DNA from: a bacterium
GTDB taxonomy: Bacteria; SAR324; NAC60-12
Assembly (NCBI GenBank): GCA_965233585.1
Contig: CBDDTI010000388.1
Location: 1 to 11,009 of the forward strand
Direction of reading: 5' to 3'
Length of the DNA: 11,009 bases
Under the pieces are notes generated by a model. That model had not been told where the DNA came from. It made no database searches and saw only the letters and a program-made list of their open reading frames with translations. This document shows, one piece after another, positions 9,455-11,009 of the stretch (its first letter is position 1; every line of letters begins with the position of its first letter). A program made the position numbers and the translations under genes.

Positions 9455-9645
9455 GGCCATTTGATGTTCTTGAATACCAGCATGTCAACCGAGTGCAGTA
9501 TTTTGAATATTTCCGCCCTGGGACTCCTTGCTCAATCCTTTAGCTTTTCTACAGATTTTACAATACATAAGTTATCATCTCTGTTGTACACCAGCCAAGT
9601 TTTCTTTTTCAAATACGGCTTGAAAAGTTTTTTTTTCTTTAGTAT
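9455..9645 (-). pseudogene. Decayed TTF-type zinc-finger coding relic (hAT transposase / ZNF862-like N-terminal domain)
   Basis: Minus strand ILKKKKLFKPYLKKKTWLVYNRDDN /frameshift/ MYCKICRKAKGLSKESQGGNIQNTALG*HAGIQEHQMA. It shows the WLxY...MYCxxC...LxxHx5H pattern of ZnF_TTF. The TGA at 9485-9487 is plausibly a decayed CGA. Confidence 0.75.
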
Positions 9646-9861
9646 CTAGCTGAAAGGAGTTTAACTCCTTTTATGTTAATAACATACAATAAAAGGCAGT
9701 GACACTCAAACATGAACCCACAGTCTGTCAAGTGCCTTACCCACAACCAACAGCTCCCACATGTGTCGTGTGGAGCTGGGGCTTTAATAAAGTGGTGCTT
9801 TGAACCTGTCTTGGTAGTAAAGGACAGACTACATAAGGCTCTTGGTCCTATTTCTGCCCGT

Positions 9862-9923
9862 CAGCTATGCTACATGTGTATGCCTATGAGGCCTAATAAG
9901 GCAGAAACAGCTGTCCATGGCTG
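9862..9923 (+). ncRNA. Degenerate type I hammerhead ribozyme
   Basis: Core CCUAUGA (9883-9889; consensus CUGANGA). Stem II GCCU-aaua-AGGC. GAAA 9904-9907. Palindromic stem III ACAGCUGU. GUC cleavage triplet 9913-9915. Stem I AUG/CAU plus distal CAGCU/GGCUG. Confidence 0.7.
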
Positions 9924-9936
9924 CCACTACCTGGGT

Positions 9937-9957
9937 CAGGAGCCCATTGGGCTCCTG
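9937..9957. mobile_element. 21-bp palindromic mini-insertion with a 7-bp direct repeat
   Basis: CAGGAGCCCA-T-TGGGCTCCTG flanked by CCTGGGT at 9930-9936 and 9958-9964. Confidence 0.7.
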
Positions 9958-10089
9958 CCTGGGTGATATGGCTGTGCGTATGCCATACCGTGGGTTGGTG
10001 TTTGAGCGGGTCCCTTGCTTTTATTGTTCGAAAAGAATTACCTTTCTTGTAGATTGTGTCAAATGTGTGTCAATTCCCATAATAAAAAC

Positions 10090-10227
10090 AAGATGACCCA
10101 CCCCCCACGGCTAGCTAAAACTTGCACGACCCACCCCTTACCAAGGTTTCAAAAACTGATGGCCCACCCCTTCTCTACTCCGGCCCACCCCTCCCCCCCC
10201 CCCCCCTATACTTTTTGACCGGTCCCT
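10090..10227. mobile_element. One-ended remnant of a DNA-transposon MITE (Kolobok- or Harbinger-like) with CCCACCCC repeats
   Basis: Ends ...TGACCGGTCCC(T)TAA exactly where homology to copy 1 resumes (10229). GRCCCACCCC occurs at 10095, 10128, 10161 and 10182, followed by a poly-C tract. The matching left end was not found. Confidence 0.5.
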
Positions 10228-10627
10228 TAAGTCGCTGAATGTCTGACTAAATTGCCAGAAAATGTCTCACAAGAAGATTTTCCTTTCTCTATCGGAATTT
10301 TTCATTTATTCCTTTCTTAGTCAGCACAGATCCATGGTGGGAACCAGACTAAATCCGTGTACTGTATCCCAAAGATTGGACAGAGGAAGAGTGGATTTTC
10401 CTTTAAATACTACTGCTTTGATAGCTTGGTAAAATACAATATTTCAGCTTTCTTGGAGCACCATGAAAAGGTACCTTTTTTGGCACCCCAGCTGTAGAAT
10501 TGCCGGTTTACTCCGATTTCCATAATAAGAAGCGATAATCCTCAGGACGACCAGTGTGCTTGCTGCAGGTGATATGGCGAGTCGTTACCAGGCCCAGTGT
10601 CTTATACCTGCTGGAACTTAAATTGGT

Positions 10628-10782
10628 TATTGCTCTTCTTCCCAGGATGATAATTACCGGTCCCATTTATACATCTGGGTGGAGAGAGGCACTGTGAAAG
10701 AAAATTGCCTCTCCCAAGACGAGATGACAACGCCTTAGTATTCAGGAGTGATCTATCTGGAGGCCAGCCCACTAACCATTAG
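10628..10782 (-). mobile_element. Degenerate tRNA-derived SINE with a Nin/Deu-like central domain
   Basis: Minus strand reads ...TCACAGTGCCTCTCTCCACCCAGATGTATAAATGGGACCGG, resembling the conserved central domain of invertebrate Nin/Deu SINEs. An A-box-like CTAATGGTTAGTG lies at the 5' end. Internal deletions are present. Confidence 0.7.
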
Positions 10783-11009
10783 CTATAGGCGCGACTGTGC
10801 TATGCGCTAGGCAGTTGTTTTTGCATAGAATCCAAATGCGTTACTACTTTACATGTTTACTTCAATCTGTCGTAAACTGATAAAATTCAACAGCAAAAAA
10901 ATGTGTAGTTAGCACTTTAAGAAAACGTTGACACCCTGCTGGATGGATTGTTTACAAGAAAAGAAACTATCTGCGATCAACTAATTGTGCCGTTTGAGTG
11001 CGCTTGAAA

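Larger units (their letters stand above)
9686..10027 (+). mobile_element. Hammerhead-bearing non-autonomous retroelement (Penelope-like pLTR / retrozyme-type) with diverged inverted ends
   Basis: Left ACAATAAAAGGCAGTGACACTCAAACATGAACCCAC is an imperfect reverse complement of right GTGGGTTGGTGTTTGAGCGGGTCCCTTGCTTTTATTGT. There is an internal hammerhead motif. No TSD seen. Confidence 0.65.
6768..10618 (+). repeat. Local direct duplication, copy 2 (blocks 6768-8326, 8361-8645, 10229-10618)
   Basis: Collinear with copy 1. It lacks copy-1 1810-1953 (144 bp), the tRNA element and the 2720-2999 MITE, and carries its own insertions. Confidence 0.93.

Noticed and set aside
9461..10218. Plus-strand ORFs 9461-9649, 9712-9966 and 10015-10218
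   Set aside because: They are, respectively, the antisense shadow of the zinc-finger relic, a read-through of the hammerhead element, and a low-complexity C-rich repeat translation.

Overview
AT-rich eukaryotic (animal) genomic DNA with no intact protein-coding gene. The repeat families resemble those I associate with stony-coral/cnidarian genomes (recollection, not a search result). The window is a nested transposon graveyard built on a diverged local direct duplication (about 1372-3945 vs 6768-10618). It contains: a decayed Ty3/Gypsy gag-pro-RT fragment interrupted by a 173-bp solo LTR; two copies of a ~0.9-kb putative Kolobok-like element; a TTAA-flanked foldback MITE; two PIF/Harbinger-type MITEs with periodic palindromic sites; a Tc1/mariner TIR pair; a decayed TTF zinc-finger relic; a Nin/Deu-type SINE remnant; and small duplicated minus-strand exons. 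The two most unusual items are RNA-based mobile units with inverted-end architecture. One is a young 411-bp insertion with a 10-bp TSD, made of a circularly permuted 250-bp unit centred on a complete tRNA cloverleaf plus a perfect 99-bp-arm hairpin. The other is an older element carrying a degenerate type I hammerhead ribozyme. All family assignments are by eye from termini, TSDs and motifs.
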